Shown piece by piece: positions 51,033 to 61,597 of a stretch of 64,000 nt of DNA. Each line of letters begins with the position of its first letter. Position 1 is the stretch's first letter. Both the position numbers and the translations under genes were made by a program. Location: contig JALGVJ010000007.1 of the NCBI GenBank assembly GCA_029838195.1, forward strand, positions 1 through 64,000, written 5' to 3'. The DNA is from Promethearchaeota archaeon (GTDB taxonomy: Archaea; Asgardarchaeota; Lokiarchaeia; Sigyniarchaeales; SOKP01). Below the pieces are notes generated by a model. That model was not told the origin of the DNA and searched no databases. It saw only the letters and a program-made list of their open reading frames with translations.

Positions 51033-51899
51033 TCATTCTAATTTACTCCCACATTCTTTACAAAATTTATCTTCTTTCATGATTTCGGCGCCGCAATAAG
51101 GACACGTGATCTTTTCTGCTATGGGTGATTGTTTTAATAAAAGTTGATTAGTGGGCTCGAATGAAGGTTGAAAATCAAGTTTTTCTGGTGATTGAATAGG
51201 AAATGTTTTTTGAGCTCTTAATCCAGCATATCTTATTGCTTTCCTTTTTCTTGCTCTATTACTGAGTACGTGCTCAATAATTTCATTAGGTATGATTAAA
51301 ATTATCATGGTAGTTAAAAAAATTATTCCACTCAGGTAATTTTGGTGAATAAAACTTATTATTGCTGATATTATAAATATAATTAAAATTATTGTTGCAA
51401 TTAAGTTAGATATGATTCTAATTATTTTTTCATTCCGTGTATAATCTTTAAATTTAACTTTAAATTCTTTGGGGGAAATAGATAAAGTTTCAGTCTCTCT
51501 TTGAAATTCTTTGCTTGAAATTGACGCTTCAGGAATTTCAGCATGTTCTTGTAATTGTAATTGAGGAGAAGGTGGTTGTTGCATTGTTGATTGATGTCGC
51601 TGCATAGATGGTATCTGAAGAGCTGTTTTTTTCTTTCTATCGTTTTGAAGCAACCATTTCTCATATTCCTTCGTCAATTTCCCATCTTTTAAGGGTTGTA
51701 AACTTGTTTCTCGTGTAAAATTTTCTTGATTTTTTGGTGAATCAAGGGTGTAAAGGTATTTCAGATTTTTTTGATGAGTAATAATCGTGTAACTAGTTAT
51801 TAAAATAATAATTATAGGGAGAGCAATATACCAATACGCTATTAATAAAATGAATAGAATTATTAATCCAATGCAACAAAGATAGCAACTACATGGCAT
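51033..51899 (-). CDS. Membrane protein with a C-terminal double zinc ribbon
   Basis: TM segments; CPYC...CKEC. Confidence 0.75.
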   Translation of the reverse strand: MPCSCYLCCIGLIILFILLIAYWYIALPIIIILITSYTIITHQKNLKYLYTLDSPKNQENFTRETSLQPLKDGKLTKEYEKWLLQNDRKKKTALQIPSMQRHQSTMQQPPSPQLQLQEHAEIPEASISSKEFQRETETLSISPKEFKVKFKDYTRNEKIIRIISNLIATIILIIFIISAIISFIHQNYLSGIIFLTTMIILIIPNEIIEHVLSNRARKRKAIRYAGLRAQKTFPIQSPEKLDFQPSFEPTNQLLLKQSPIAEKITCPYCGAEIMKEDKFCKECGSKLE

Positions 51900-52455
51900 T
51901 AATGGTCCTTTTTTTACTACTTTTTTCTCTTCCGAGATTTAGACCCCCTTCAATCCCATCTTACTTAATTTTAAATTTAATTTTAAGTAAATTTACTTTG
52001 AAATTTCAATAATAATTTTAATTAATACATTAGAAAATGTATAAATTACATATTTAAAAGTTATGGAAGAATTCACTAATTTCCATTAATAGGAATGAGA
52101 TATAAATAATAATTATTTTAGTAATTTAAAAATTAAATTGGATTTATTAAAATGAAAATTTTTATATTTTCATGTTTTTAATCATATTGATAAAAGTAAA
52201 ACCTTATTATTTTAAGACTTTTTCTTCCAATGGAATTAATTTCTTAAAAATGTATTTAAATCATTATTATACGGGATAAAAAAGTTTTTATAAATTCATG
52301 ATTTAAAAGTAAGGAACAAACAAGAAAACATTGTTTAATTAAAAATAATCCATTTTTACTTTAAGGAAGATCAATAGAAAAATTAAATATAAATATTCAC
52401 GAGATCATTTTCTTAAATAAGAACAGTATTATTATGATTAAAAAATAAAACCTAT

Positions 52456-52476
52456 AATGCTTGATAAGCAAGCATT
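52456..52476. promoter_or_regulatory. Perfect 8-bp inverted repeat overlapping the TATA of the Rab-like gene
   Basis: aatgcttg-ataag-caagcatt adjoining cctataa. Confidence 0.45.
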
Positions 52477-52502
52477 GAAAATAGTAAATAAGGAAAATAA
52501 TC

Positions 52503-53486
52503 TTGATTGTCAGCGAAATAAACATTAAACTCGTGATTTTCGGGTTAGGAGGAGTTGGAAAAACGTCAATCGTGAATAGCTTCTTAGGACAGCAGATATC
52601 TACCAAATATTTTCCCACAATAGGGTCGAGCATTTCAAAAAAAGAATATAGATTGCCTAAGCATCTCATTCGCGTGAATATTTGGGATATTGGTGGCCAG
52701 AGAGCATTCAATCCCCTAAATCCCGTATTTTTTACCAATAATGATGCGGCATTTTTAGTTTTTGACCTATCCAATTCTGAAGAATCCATTAAGGAATTAA
52801 GGGACGTGTATTTACCGAGTTTAGTTGAAAAATCTGAAAACTGCATTATATTAGTGTTAGGAAATAAATTAGATTTAATTACGAATGATGAGGAGTTAAG
52901 GAAGGTCACGCGAGAGAATGAGATTCACAGTCTGCCGCTTGCTTATGTTTCTGCTTTAGAGAATAAAAATATCAAGGAAGTATTCGAGCTCATTGTGTAT
53001 AATGTCTTATTAGATATTGAGAGCATGCGCCCTTCTAAAAAGATCGCGGGAGTTGCCGAAGCGTTTTTAACTCATATCGGAAAGAAAAAAGAAGATTTAG
53101 AACGCGTGTTAATCAATAAAGGAGAGGTAGATACCTTAAATTTGGAAGACATAACTGTATCAAAAGAAGAGGAGGTTGCTGTAGGCACGGGTGAAGATTT
53201 GATTCCCTTTGAAATAGAACGGGTTCCACCTGCTCGGCCACTTCGGGAAGATATTGCTGATAGGCTTGATGAGTATCTAGAGAAGTTACTTGAATACAAT
53301 ACCAAAATGCTGAATTGGATAAAAGACAAGGTTTTAAATTTAAAAAAAACACCGATTGATCAGTTAGATCAATTAATTGACATGACGGCAAATGAAGTAG
53401 AATCGTTTAAAGATGATTTTGAACATCACGTAAAAAAAATATTTAAACCGGAAGAAGTAGAGGAAATGGAAGCCAAAAGTGAATGA
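52503..53486 (+). CDS. Rab-like small GTPase with a C-terminal helical domain
   Basis: GLGGVGKT, PTIG, WDIGGQ, NKLD, SAL. Confidence 0.9.
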   Translation: MIVSEINIKLVIFGLGGVGKTSIVNSFLGQQISTKYFPTIGSSISKKEYRLPKHLIRVNIWDIGGQRAFNPLNPVFFTNNDAAFLVFDLSNSEESIKELRDVYLPSLVEKSENCIILVLGNKLDLITNDEELRKVTRENEIHSLPLAYVSALENKNIKEVFELIVYNVLLDIESMRPSKKIAGVAEAFLTHIGKKKEDLERVLINKGEVDTLNLEDITVSKEEEVAVGTGEDLIPFEIERVPPARPLREDIADRLDEYLEKLLEYNTKMLNWIKDKVLNLKKTPIDQLDQLIDMTANEVESFKDDFEHHVKKIFKPEEVEEMEAKSE

Positions 53487-53515
53487 ATAATAATTATTTA
53501 AGAGCGTGATAAAAA

Positions 53516-53725
53516 ATAGTAAGCAAACAAGAAACACGCAAGAAGAGCCAAGAAATAGTGGAACATTTCGTGAAAAATCTGGATGCCGTTAAAGAATCCA
53601 TCATGAAATTAAGCACTCAACCGGTCGATAATATCATCAATGCGATTGAAGAAACTTCAAAAAAATTATCTTTAATGGAAAAAGAATTTTCGAAAGATTA
53701 TTTTTCCTTAACTCAAGAAAAATAA
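53516..53725 (+). CDS. 69-aa helical protein similar to the GTPase C-terminal domain (ATA start, or GTG at 53558)
   Basis: Read manually; GTGA SD; KLSTQPVDNIINAIEETS aligns with NLKKTPIDQLDQLIDMTA. Confidence 0.7.
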   Translation: MVSKQETRKKSQEIVEHFVKNLDAVKESIMKLSTQPVDNIINAIEETSKKLSLMEKEFSKDYFSLTQEK

Positions 53726-53783
53726 GGACCTAATGAAGATAAATCCAATAGCTAGCTTCATATAAAGATTTGAGGGAATAAAA

Positions 53784-54431
53784 ATGTTTAAAAAAAAATT
53801 GACTGAAGTATCCGTTAAAGATTTCGAAAAAGTAATTGAGAAAGTAGAAGATCTAGATAAAAAATTTCTCGAAAGAAAAATTGTAATCGATGACCAACTT
53901 GAACGCATTCAAAATGAACTGGCCGAAATAAAAGAATTATTCGCCTTGAATAAAAAATTAGTAGAGAAAGATAAAGGATATGAGGACAGGATTGCTAATT
54001 TAAGGGCAGAAATAGATGAAATTAAAACTCAGCTCGTTCAAAATCACCAAGATATAGAAGATCATATCAAGACGCAAGAAGAAATAATCGTGAGCTTGGT
54101 AAATAAGTTTAATGACCAATCCTTATCTAAATTCAACCAAATAACTGCTGAATTGGAAGAATTAAAAGACCAGCAAGATGTATTGAGAATTTCTTACACG
54201 ATTAATGAAAAAAAATTAATGGAGAAGATAAAAGAAACGGTTTCTGAGGAAATACATAAAGCTGTACGGGAAAAAGAAAAAGAAATATTAATGAATCTCT
54301 GGATTCGAGAGTTAAGAGAGATTCTTTCTAATTTCGAAAAACTAAAACAAGCACAACCAAAAGAATTTCTCATTCAAATTAATCAAATTGCAGACACCAT
54401 CGAGTCTTTCAAGAAAAAACTCGAAGCATGA
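53784..54431 (+). CDS. Coiled-coil protein
   Basis: Heptad-rich; its C-terminus shares the LK..I...A...ESFK motif with the GTPase. Confidence 0.8.
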   Translation: MFKKKLTEVSVKDFEKVIEKVEDLDKKFLERKIVIDDQLERIQNELAEIKELFALNKKLVEKDKGYEDRIANLRAEIDEIKTQLVQNHQDIEDHIKTQEEIIVSLVNKFNDQSLSKFNQITAELEELKDQQDVLRISYTINEKKLMEKIKETVSEEIHKAVREKEKEILMNLWIRELREILSNFEKLKQAQPKEFLIQINQIADTIESFKKKLEA

Positions 54432-54483
54432 AATTTTCTTTTTCACGATCCAATAAAATTAGAAAGAAAAAAGAAGTTAACTT

Positions 54484-55626
54484 TTAGTTTTTTATTTTGG
54501 GGGGCGGAATATAGACCCTTCGAGGTTTTTCTAATAAACCAATTGCTCCTTCAGGACAAAAATGAGCACAGATTCCGCATCCTAAGCATAGGCTTTCATC
54601 CACGCTTGCTATATTTTTCTCATTTATTTCAATAGCATTTATGGGACATTTTTCAACGCATGTTCCACAAGCCTTACAGAGCTCAGGATTAACGGATGAT
54701 AAATAATTAGTCCAGCTTATTAGAGCCGTCATTCCCATTCGCCACCATTCGAATTCCCCGCAACAATCTCCGCAACAATTGCAAAGAGAAGTTTCAGTAC
54801 GATGTATATCCGAATGAGGATGAAAAGCTTTATGGATTAAACCGGCTTCTTCAGTTTTTTTCAAGATTTCTAAAGCTTCCTCCTTGGAGATCATGCGGGC
54901 GAAACCTTGTTCCGCACAGAATCTTGCAGATTTTCCAAAAGTAAAACAAGTTTCTCTTAGATCGGTAATTTTACAAGGTTCACTTAATAAATCTTTATGT
55001 TGTCTGCAGAAACAATGTCCAACTGCGATATCATCGAATTTTTGGATAATTTCTTCTACTTTTACTGTGGGCATTACTTGCCCTTCGGGGACTTCAATGC
55101 TTTCCTCTACTTTTATTTCTATTTCTTTTCCATCCACGGTTTTATTTAAGATTGGCACGGTTCTATCGAAAGGGGGCATTTTTTCGAACATTGGAACAAT
55201 TGTATCATAACCATTTTGAATGAATTCCGCCAACTCGTCAAATAACTTGGAAAATAATCGTGCTAATTTTTTCTCTTCTTCAGTGAATTTAATAGGCTTC
55301 ATTAAAAGATACTCAAAAAGGCCGACCATCACTAGCGGCATTAACCGATAGACCATGACGCCTTGCGAGTTGGGTTGATTAAAGATTAATCCTACTTTTG
55401 CCAAGGAATTCACGTGTTTCAAGATTTCTTCTTCTGACATTTTAGTGCTCTTTTTCAATTGGTCCATGGTCTGCGATACCTTTCTCCGAAACGCTATGAT
55501 AAAATCCAAATCATCTTCATTAATCGTCATTTGAAGTATTTCCAAGAGCGTATCGTTTATGGGAAAAGGGAATTGACCCGCATTAATTATTACTCTTGCG
55601 GCTTTTTTATATTTTTCTAATGACAT
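54484..55626 (-). CDS. 4Fe-4S dicluster protein, paralogue of the 33049 ORF
   Basis: CFCR, CNCCGDCC, two CxxCxxCxxxCP motifs. Confidence 0.85.
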   Translation of the reverse strand: MSLEKYKKAARVIINAGQFPFPINDTLLEILQMTINEDDLDFIIAFRRKVSQTMDQLKKSTKMSEEEILKHVNSLAKVGLIFNQPNSQGVMVYRLMPLVMVGLFEYLLMKPIKFTEEEKKLARLFSKLFDELAEFIQNGYDTIVPMFEKMPPFDRTVPILNKTVDGKEIEIKVEESIEVPEGQVMPTVKVEEIIQKFDDIAVGHCFCRQHKDLLSEPCKITDLRETCFTFGKSARFCAEQGFARMISKEEALEILKKTEEAGLIHKAFHPHSDIHRTETSLCNCCGDCCGEFEWWRMGMTALISWTNYLSSVNPELCKACGTCVEKCPINAIEINEKNIASVDESLCLGCGICAHFCPEGAIGLLEKPRRVYIPPPKIKN

Positions 55627-55849
55627 GTTGAGTTTTGTTTAAAGTAATTTTAGGATTAAGTGATCAAAATTGTTCATTTCGTTATAAAATTTAACTTTTA
55701 CTAAGTCATTATATACAAGAAACAATCAAGAAAAGTTTTTTTTAAACCTTTTGAAGTTAAATTCCTAAATTAGGATAAATTTCCTAATTTTCGTGTCGTA
55801 AAAGAATATATAAGATGGGGATATAATATTCTTTAAACAAGGTGAAAAT

Positions 55850-56008
55850 ATGGAAGAATTTGAAAATAAACCGGATTATGCAAAGCCTGAGGAAATACAT
55901 GGGGCAATTGGAAAAATATTATGGGGTAAAAAAGGAAAGAAATTTACCATGGGCAAATTAATAATGGGGTTCTTGAAAAAACGAATTTTCGGAGGGAAGA
56001 GGAAATAA
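55850..56008 (+). CDS. 52-aa basic protein leading the corrinoid operon
   Basis: AGGTGA SD; TAATG overlap with the next gene; MEEFENKPDYAKPEEIHG...FGGKRK. Confidence 0.65.
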   Translation: MEEFENKPDYAKPEEIHGAIGKILWGKKGKKFTMGKLIMGFLKKRIFGGKRK

Positions 56009-56652
56009 TGAGTCTAAAAGAAGATTTATTAAGCGCCGTGATTGAATTAGATGAGGATAGATCGTATGATTTAGTCAAGAAAATGTTAGATAAGCAAACA
56101 GATCCTAAAGAGATCATTGAAATTTTAAGAAGAGCCGTTGAAATAATCGGAGAAAAATTCAATAAAAAAGAGTATTTTTTAACGGAATTAGTCATGGCGG
56201 GAGAAATCTTTCAGCAAGCAGCAAAGATTCTTGAACCTGCTTTAAAAAAAGGAGAAGAAGGCGAGAAATCTAGAGGAATTGTCGTCATGGGCACCGTGCA
56301 GGGTGATGTTCACGATATTGGAAAAAATATTTTTGTGACGCTTTTAAGATCAGCAGGTTATGAGGTCCATGACCTTGGAGTTGATGTTCTTCCCGAAAAA
56401 TTCATTGAGAAGGTAAAAGAAACCCATGCTAACGTTGTTGGGTATTCCGGGCTTCTCACGGTTGCGTTAGACGCCATGAAAGAGACTACCCAGGCGCTTA
56501 TTAATGAGGGCTTGCGAGATAAAGTTAAAATCATCATTGGCGGGTTTCCCGTTGACGAAATGTGGATGAAAGAGGCCATGGCTGACGCATTTACTGATAA
56601 TGCTTTTGAAGGTGTTAAAATCGTGAATAATTGGTTAAAGGAGGGAACTTAA
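56008..56652 (+). CDS. Corrinoid (B12-binding) methyl-carrier protein, MtaC/MtbC-like
   Basis: Cap domain plus GDVHDIGKN, SGL and IIGG motifs. Confidence 0.9.
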   Translation: MSLKEDLLSAVIELDEDRSYDLVKKMLDKQTDPKEIIEILRRAVEIIGEKFNKKEYFLTELVMAGEIFQQAAKILEPALKKGEEGEKSRGIVVMGTVQGDVHDIGKNIFVTLLRSAGYEVHDLGVDVLPEKFIEKVKETHANVVGYSGLLTVALDAMKETTQALINEGLRDKVKIIIGGFPVDEMWMKEAMADAFTDNAFEGVKIVNNWLKEGT

Positions 56653-56653
56653 A

Positions 56654-57805
56654 ATGAGCCCTATCCAAGAAGAAGCCATGACCTCGGTAGAACGGGTCAT
56701 GACGGCTTTAAAATTGAAAGAAGCTGATAGAGTGCCTGTTTGGCCTCTTATCGATTTCCTTCAGGTCCAGTATTATGATATAACGGCTCAAGAAATGATT
56801 GAAAATCCTGAAAAAGCTCAAGCCGCAATGGAATGGATCTATAATGAAATGGGTGGCTTTGATATTGCAATGGCTGGAGGGGGAATGTTCATGCAATATT
56901 TCAATCCATTTCCTGACTTTTTTTCCATATTCTATCTCGATTGGAGATTACCCGGCCGAATGCTTCCTGTAAATGCCTCACCTCAACTATATGAAAGAGC
57001 CTTAGATGATCCTCTTTTAAAACCGGAAGATTATGATAGAATATTAAATGAGGGCTTATTTTGGCTTGCCAACTTCAATAGAGCGGGATTTAAGGATTTA
57101 ATGACAATTCCGAAAATTGCACCTAAGGTTGCCGAAAATACCGTGAAATGGTGGACTCATTTTAAAGTACCTACTTTTAATGATGGTGCAGCTATTACTC
57201 CTTTTGATTTATTATCGGTTTTTCGAGGATCGACCAATTTCATGAAAGATATTTATCGCCACGCAGATAAAATAATCGAAGTGAGTGATTTTTTAATTGA
57301 CAACGTGATTCTCATGGGAGAATATGGTCCCAGCCAAATGGGGGGAAAAACGATATTAATTGGGGGTGCAAGAGGAAGTGCTGATTTTATTTCAATAAAG
57401 CATTTCGAAAAGTTATTCTGGCCATATTTTAAGAAAATGGTAAGCACATACGTCAAGAAGGGATACATTGTTCAACTTCACATGGATACCAACTGGACGG
57501 ACAGGCTCCATTATTTCAAGGAGCTTCCAAAAGGAAAGATTTATCTTCATATTGATGAGAGAACGGATATTTTTAAGGCAAAGGAGATTTTAGGAGATCA
57601 CATGTGCATCGAAGGAAATTTAAAACCGTCGCTATTTCGGTTGGGCACGCCGCATCAGATAGAAGAAGAAACAAAAAAAATCATTGAGGGATGTGCGGAT
57701 GGCGGTGGCTTGATGGTTGGTTCGGAGATTCCTGATGATGCAAAATTGGAGAATCTAAAAGCGATGATTGATACATGTAAAACTTACGGACAGTATAGGA
57801 AATAA
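56654..57805 (+). CDS. Uroporphyrinogen-decarboxylase-fold methyltransferase (MtaA/CmuA-like)
   Basis: ERV..AL...EADRVPV, LHMD, CIEGN, ENLKAM; adjacent to the corrinoid protein. Confidence 0.85.
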   Translation: MSPIQEEAMTSVERVMTALKLKEADRVPVWPLIDFLQVQYYDITAQEMIENPEKAQAAMEWIYNEMGGFDIAMAGGGMFMQYFNPFPDFFSIFYLDWRLPGRMLPVNASPQLYERALDDPLLKPEDYDRILNEGLFWLANFNRAGFKDLMTIPKIAPKVAENTVKWWTHFKVPTFNDGAAITPFDLLSVFRGSTNFMKDIYRHADKIIEVSDFLIDNVILMGEYGPSQMGGKTILIGGARGSADFISIKHFEKLFWPYFKKMVSTYVKKGYIVQLHMDTNWTDRLHYFKELPKGKIYLHIDERTDIFKAKEILGDHMCIEGNLKPSLFRLGTPHQIEEETKKIIEGCADGGGLMVGSEIPDDAKLENLKAMIDTCKTYGQYRK

Positions 57806-58044
57806 AAGCAAATTAGCATCATAATATAATAATAATTTTTTCTTTTTCCTTGGATATTTATTATTTAAACACTGATAGGGGTTTAAAATTTAGAACAATA
57901 AATTGAAGTAGCTAAGAAGAAATAGACTAATGGGAATTAGCCGATTTCTTTAGCACTAATTATTTATTCTTATTCCACGCATAATTTTATAATGAAAACG
58001 TGATTAACGAAATTTAATATTAATTGAAAAAAGGAGAAATATCA

Positions 58045-58833
58045 TTGCCTTATCTTGACAATAATGGGATTAAGATATATTATGAGATTCATGGAAGCGG
58101 GCCGGACTTGCTATTGATTCATGGTTTTGCCTCTAATATGGAAAATAATTGGAAATCTACGAATTGGGTCAAGACTTTAAAAGATAATTATCGTTTAATC
58201 TTAATAGATAATAGAGGCCATGGAAAAAGTGATAAACCGTTGGATCCTAACTATTATGGGAATCACATGATTGAAGATATTATCGGACTAATGGACCATT
58301 TATCTATTAAGCGAGCGAATTTTTTTGGATATTCCATGGGAGCCCGTTTGACATTAAAAATAATCATTGAACATCCAGAAAGAGTCAAATCTGCTATTTT
58401 AGGAGGATTTTCAATTCCTTCTCCGGAAAATCCTCATGTTCAAGCGTTAAATTCCATAATAGTAGAAGCGCTGAGAGCTAAGAGCGTGGATGACGTTAAG
58501 CATCCTATTGGGCAACAATTTCGAAGATTTGCTGAATCAACGGGTGAAAATTTATTAGCATTAGCAGCAGTAGTAGAAAGTTTTGGAAGAGAAGTGGACC
58601 CTAATTTTAGTTCCATGACCAAAATTAAAAAAACTTTAAAAAAAATTAGGGTACCCATTCTCTCTGTTTGCGGTTCTGATGACTTGTTATTGCAGAACAA
58701 GACGTTATTTGCTGAGCTCATTCCTGGAGCGTGTCATTTTCAAATTCAAGGGAAAGATCATTTAACGGTTGTTCTGGATCCCAGATTTCATTTAATTGTA
58801 AAAACTTTTTTAAATTATATCAATAGAAAGTAG
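58045..58833 (+). CDS. Alpha/beta hydrolase
   Basis: HGF, DNRGHG, GYSMG, GSDD, DH; AGGAG SD favours TTG 58045. Confidence 0.9.
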   Translation: MPYLDNNGIKIYYEIHGSGPDLLLIHGFASNMENNWKSTNWVKTLKDNYRLILIDNRGHGKSDKPLDPNYYGNHMIEDIIGLMDHLSIKRANFFGYSMGARLTLKIIIEHPERVKSAILGGFSIPSPENPHVQALNSIIVEALRAKSVDDVKHPIGQQFRRFAESTGENLLALAAVVESFGREVDPNFSSMTKIKKTLKKIRVPILSVCGSDDLLLQNKTLFAELIPGACHFQIQGKDHLTVVLDPRFHLIVKTFLNYINRK

Positions 58834-58851
58834 CAAGGGGAGGAATATAAA

Positions 58852-60084
58852 ATGGAATCAAAAAAGAATAAAAATGAAGAAAGAAATATTAGTTCAATCA
58901 AGGTATTAGGACAAAAAGAAGTAGTTTTCAATGAACCAATTAAAGGTGTTCATTGTGCAATTCAAATCATTTCTGGATGCGCCTGGATTGAAACTACGGA
59001 GGGCATCGTATTAATCGATACTTTATTAACCATAGATGCAGCAAAAAAGGTGCTCGAGAAAATTAAAGGAAAAATAAAGTACATTATATACACGCATGGG
59101 CATCAAGATCATGTGGGAGGGGCTCGTGCGTTTCTTTCTTCCCATGAACCAGAAATCATTGCTAATAAATATCTTGTTGATAGACTTGATAAATATAAAA
59201 TATTAGCTCCTTATCGAGCAAGAATTAGTGCCCAACAGTTTGGCATTCCGGAACAGCCCGTTATATATAATTACGTGTATCCTACGAAAACTTTCTTAGG
59301 AGAAATGAAATTTAAATTAGGTGATAAAACATTTGAACTTTATACAGAGCGGGCAGAAACCGATGATGCTTGTTGGGTATACGTTCCGGAGTTGGAAGCT
59401 GCATTTGTCGGGGATTTATTAATAGGAAGTTTTCCTAATATCGGCAATCCTTGGAAGCCCACGCGCTTCGCTTTGGACTGGGTAAAAGCATTAGAAAGAG
59501 TACGATCTAAAAATCCAAAATATATTTTCTATAGTGGAGCCGGAAATCATTATAAGGGAAAAAGAGCCATGAAAGCGTTAGATCACACGATTGAAGCGAT
59601 AAAAATCTTACACGATCAAGTCGTGGACATGATAAACCAAGATATTCCTTTAACTGAAATGATTCATCAAATCAAACTTCCGGAACATCTTGAAAATAGT
59701 CCATTTCTTCGGCAGAGATATTCCCGTCCCGAATTTTTTGTATATAATGTTTATAGATGGTATCACGGCTATTTTGACGGAAATCCGGCCCACCTTCTTC
59801 CAAGACCGGAACGAGAAGTGATGAATGAGATATATTCCCTGATAGGGAATCCTCGTAAAATTTTAGAACGGGCAAGAAGTTTACATGAGCAAGGACAAAC
59901 CCAATTAGCCCTTCAAATTTTAGACATATTAATTCAAGCCATACCTGATCATTTGGAAGCCCGAAAAATGAGGATGGATTTCTTGAAACAATTAAGGAAG
60001 GAAGATTATTGCTTGATGTCTCGCAACACATGGGTATATTTCATGAAAAAAGATAAAGAGTTTATAGAGAAACATTCCTCATGA
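58852..60084 (+). CDS. Alkyl-sulfatase-like metallo-beta-lactamase with a dimerisation domain
   Basis: THGHQDH, ETDD, FPNIGNP, YHGYFDGNPAHL. Confidence 0.85.
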   Translation: MESKKNKNEERNISSIKVLGQKEVVFNEPIKGVHCAIQIISGCAWIETTEGIVLIDTLLTIDAAKKVLEKIKGKIKYIIYTHGHQDHVGGARAFLSSHEPEIIANKYLVDRLDKYKILAPYRARISAQQFGIPEQPVIYNYVYPTKTFLGEMKFKLGDKTFELYTERAETDDACWVYVPELEAAFVGDLLIGSFPNIGNPWKPTRFALDWVKALERVRSKNPKYIFYSGAGNHYKGKRAMKALDHTIEAIKILHDQVVDMINQDIPLTEMIHQIKLPEHLENSPFLRQRYSRPEFFVYNVYRWYHGYFDGNPAHLLPRPEREVMNEIYSLIGNPRKILERARSLHEQGQTQLALQILDILIQAIPDHLEARKMRMDFLKQLRKEDYCLMSRNTWVYFMKKDKEFIEKHSS

Positions 60085-60175
60085 ATAATTAACGATTAAT
60101 AATTAATATTAAAATAAATTGAACCATGACATTCATTAATACCAGCGATTAATATTTACATTTAATAGAAGGATC

Positions 60176-61498
60176 ATGACAAAAGTTTTAATTGTAGGAC
60201 ACGGTGCAAGAGAACATGTAATTGGAGAATCATTAGTGAAAGGAGGAGCAACATTACATGCTTTCATGAGTTTCAAGAATGCGGGTTTAGAAGATTTAAG
60301 TCAAGGACGCGTAAAGATTCATTCTGAGACGGATTTTAAAGAGATTGGCTCTTATTGCAAGGCTAATCATATTGATTTTGCAGTGATAGGGCCGGAAGCT
60401 CCTCTCTGCGTGGGCATTGTAGACGCTTTAGAAAAAAGGGGCATTCCTTGCGTAGGACCTCGTATTGAAGCAGCACAAATAGAAGGCTCCAAAGTATTCA
60501 TGAGGTCGTTATTAGCTAAATATAATATTCGTTCTAATGTTAAAAGCAAGATGTTTCAATCGTTAGAAGGAGTCAGCGACTATATTGATGAGATGGGAGA
60601 GGAAAATATTGTGGTAAAACCCGAAGGATTAACAGGAGGAAAAGGTGTGAAAGTATATGGAGATCACTTATTTTCTAAAGATGATATTATGAAATATTGT
60701 GAGGAATTGATAGAGAAAAAGAGCAGATTTTTATTAGAGGAGCGCTTGGATGGGGAAGAATTTACTTTACAAACCTTTGTAGATGGTAAGAACGTGATAA
60801 AGACACCCTTAGTACAAGACCATAAGAGGGCGTATGAAAACGATGAGGGACCGAATACAGGAGGCATGGGCTCATATTCCATGGAGAATCATCTCTTACC
60901 GTTCATTTCTGAACAGGATGTATGCCTTGCCCTAGAAGATATGAAACAAGTAGTTCATGCGATAAAGAAAGAGACGGGGATGGAATATAAAGGATTTTTA
61001 TATGGGCAATTCATGAAAACCGCAAATGGGATTAAATTAATTGAATTCAATGCACGCTTAGGAGATCCAGAAGCCATGAATATTTTACCCTTATTAACTA
61101 CAAATTTTGTAGAGATTTGTTGGGGAATCATTCACGGAACTCTCACGTCCCGCGTGAGCTTTGAAAACAAGGCCACTGTTTGTAAATATCTTGCTCCTGA
61201 AGGATATCCGGAATCGCCTAAAAAAGATCAAAAAGTTGAAATCGATCATGAAAAAATAAAACAAATTGGAGCAAGATATTATTATGCTTCCGTCTATAAA
61301 AAAGGCAATGATATTTATTCCACGACCTCAAGAGCAATGGGCGTGCTGGGTATCGCAGAAACTCTAGAAAAAGCGGAGAGAATTGCAGAAGAGGGAGTAC
61401 AATGCATAAAAGGGAATCTATTTCATAGAAAAGACGTGGGAACTCGTGCATTATTACAAAAAAGAATTAATCACATGAATTCCCTCTTGGGGAAATAG
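60176..61498 (+). CDS. purD: Phosphoribosylamine-glycine ligase
   Basis: GHGAREH, GPEAPL, GLTGGKGV, QDHKRAY...GPNTGGMGS, EFNARLGDPE. Confidence 0.97.
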   Translation: MTKVLIVGHGAREHVIGESLVKGGATLHAFMSFKNAGLEDLSQGRVKIHSETDFKEIGSYCKANHIDFAVIGPEAPLCVGIVDALEKRGIPCVGPRIEAAQIEGSKVFMRSLLAKYNIRSNVKSKMFQSLEGVSDYIDEMGEENIVVKPEGLTGGKGVKVYGDHLFSKDDIMKYCEELIEKKSRFLLEERLDGEEFTLQTFVDGKNVIKTPLVQDHKRAYENDEGPNTGGMGSYSMENHLLPFISEQDVCLALEDMKQVVHAIKKETGMEYKGFLYGQFMKTANGIKLIEFNARLGDPEAMNILPLLTTNFVEICWGIIHGTLTSRVSFENKATVCKYLAPEGYPESPKKDQKVEIDHEKIKQIGARYYYASVYKKGNDIYSTTSRAMGVLGIAETLEKAERIAEEGVQCIKGNLFHRKDVGTRALLQKRINHMNSLLGK

Positions 61499-61597
61499 CT
61501 CTTGTTTCTTTTTTATAAAATGCTCAAAAATTTAATGTGAAATTATTTTTTATAATAATAAATTTATAATGCGAGCCTTCTGACTAATTCATGAATC

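Noticed and set aside
52397-52909. 170-aa minus-strand ORF and the many other 60-120 aa overlapping ORFs in the track
   Set aside because: They overlap well-supported genes on the opposite strand or in another frame and carry no motifs
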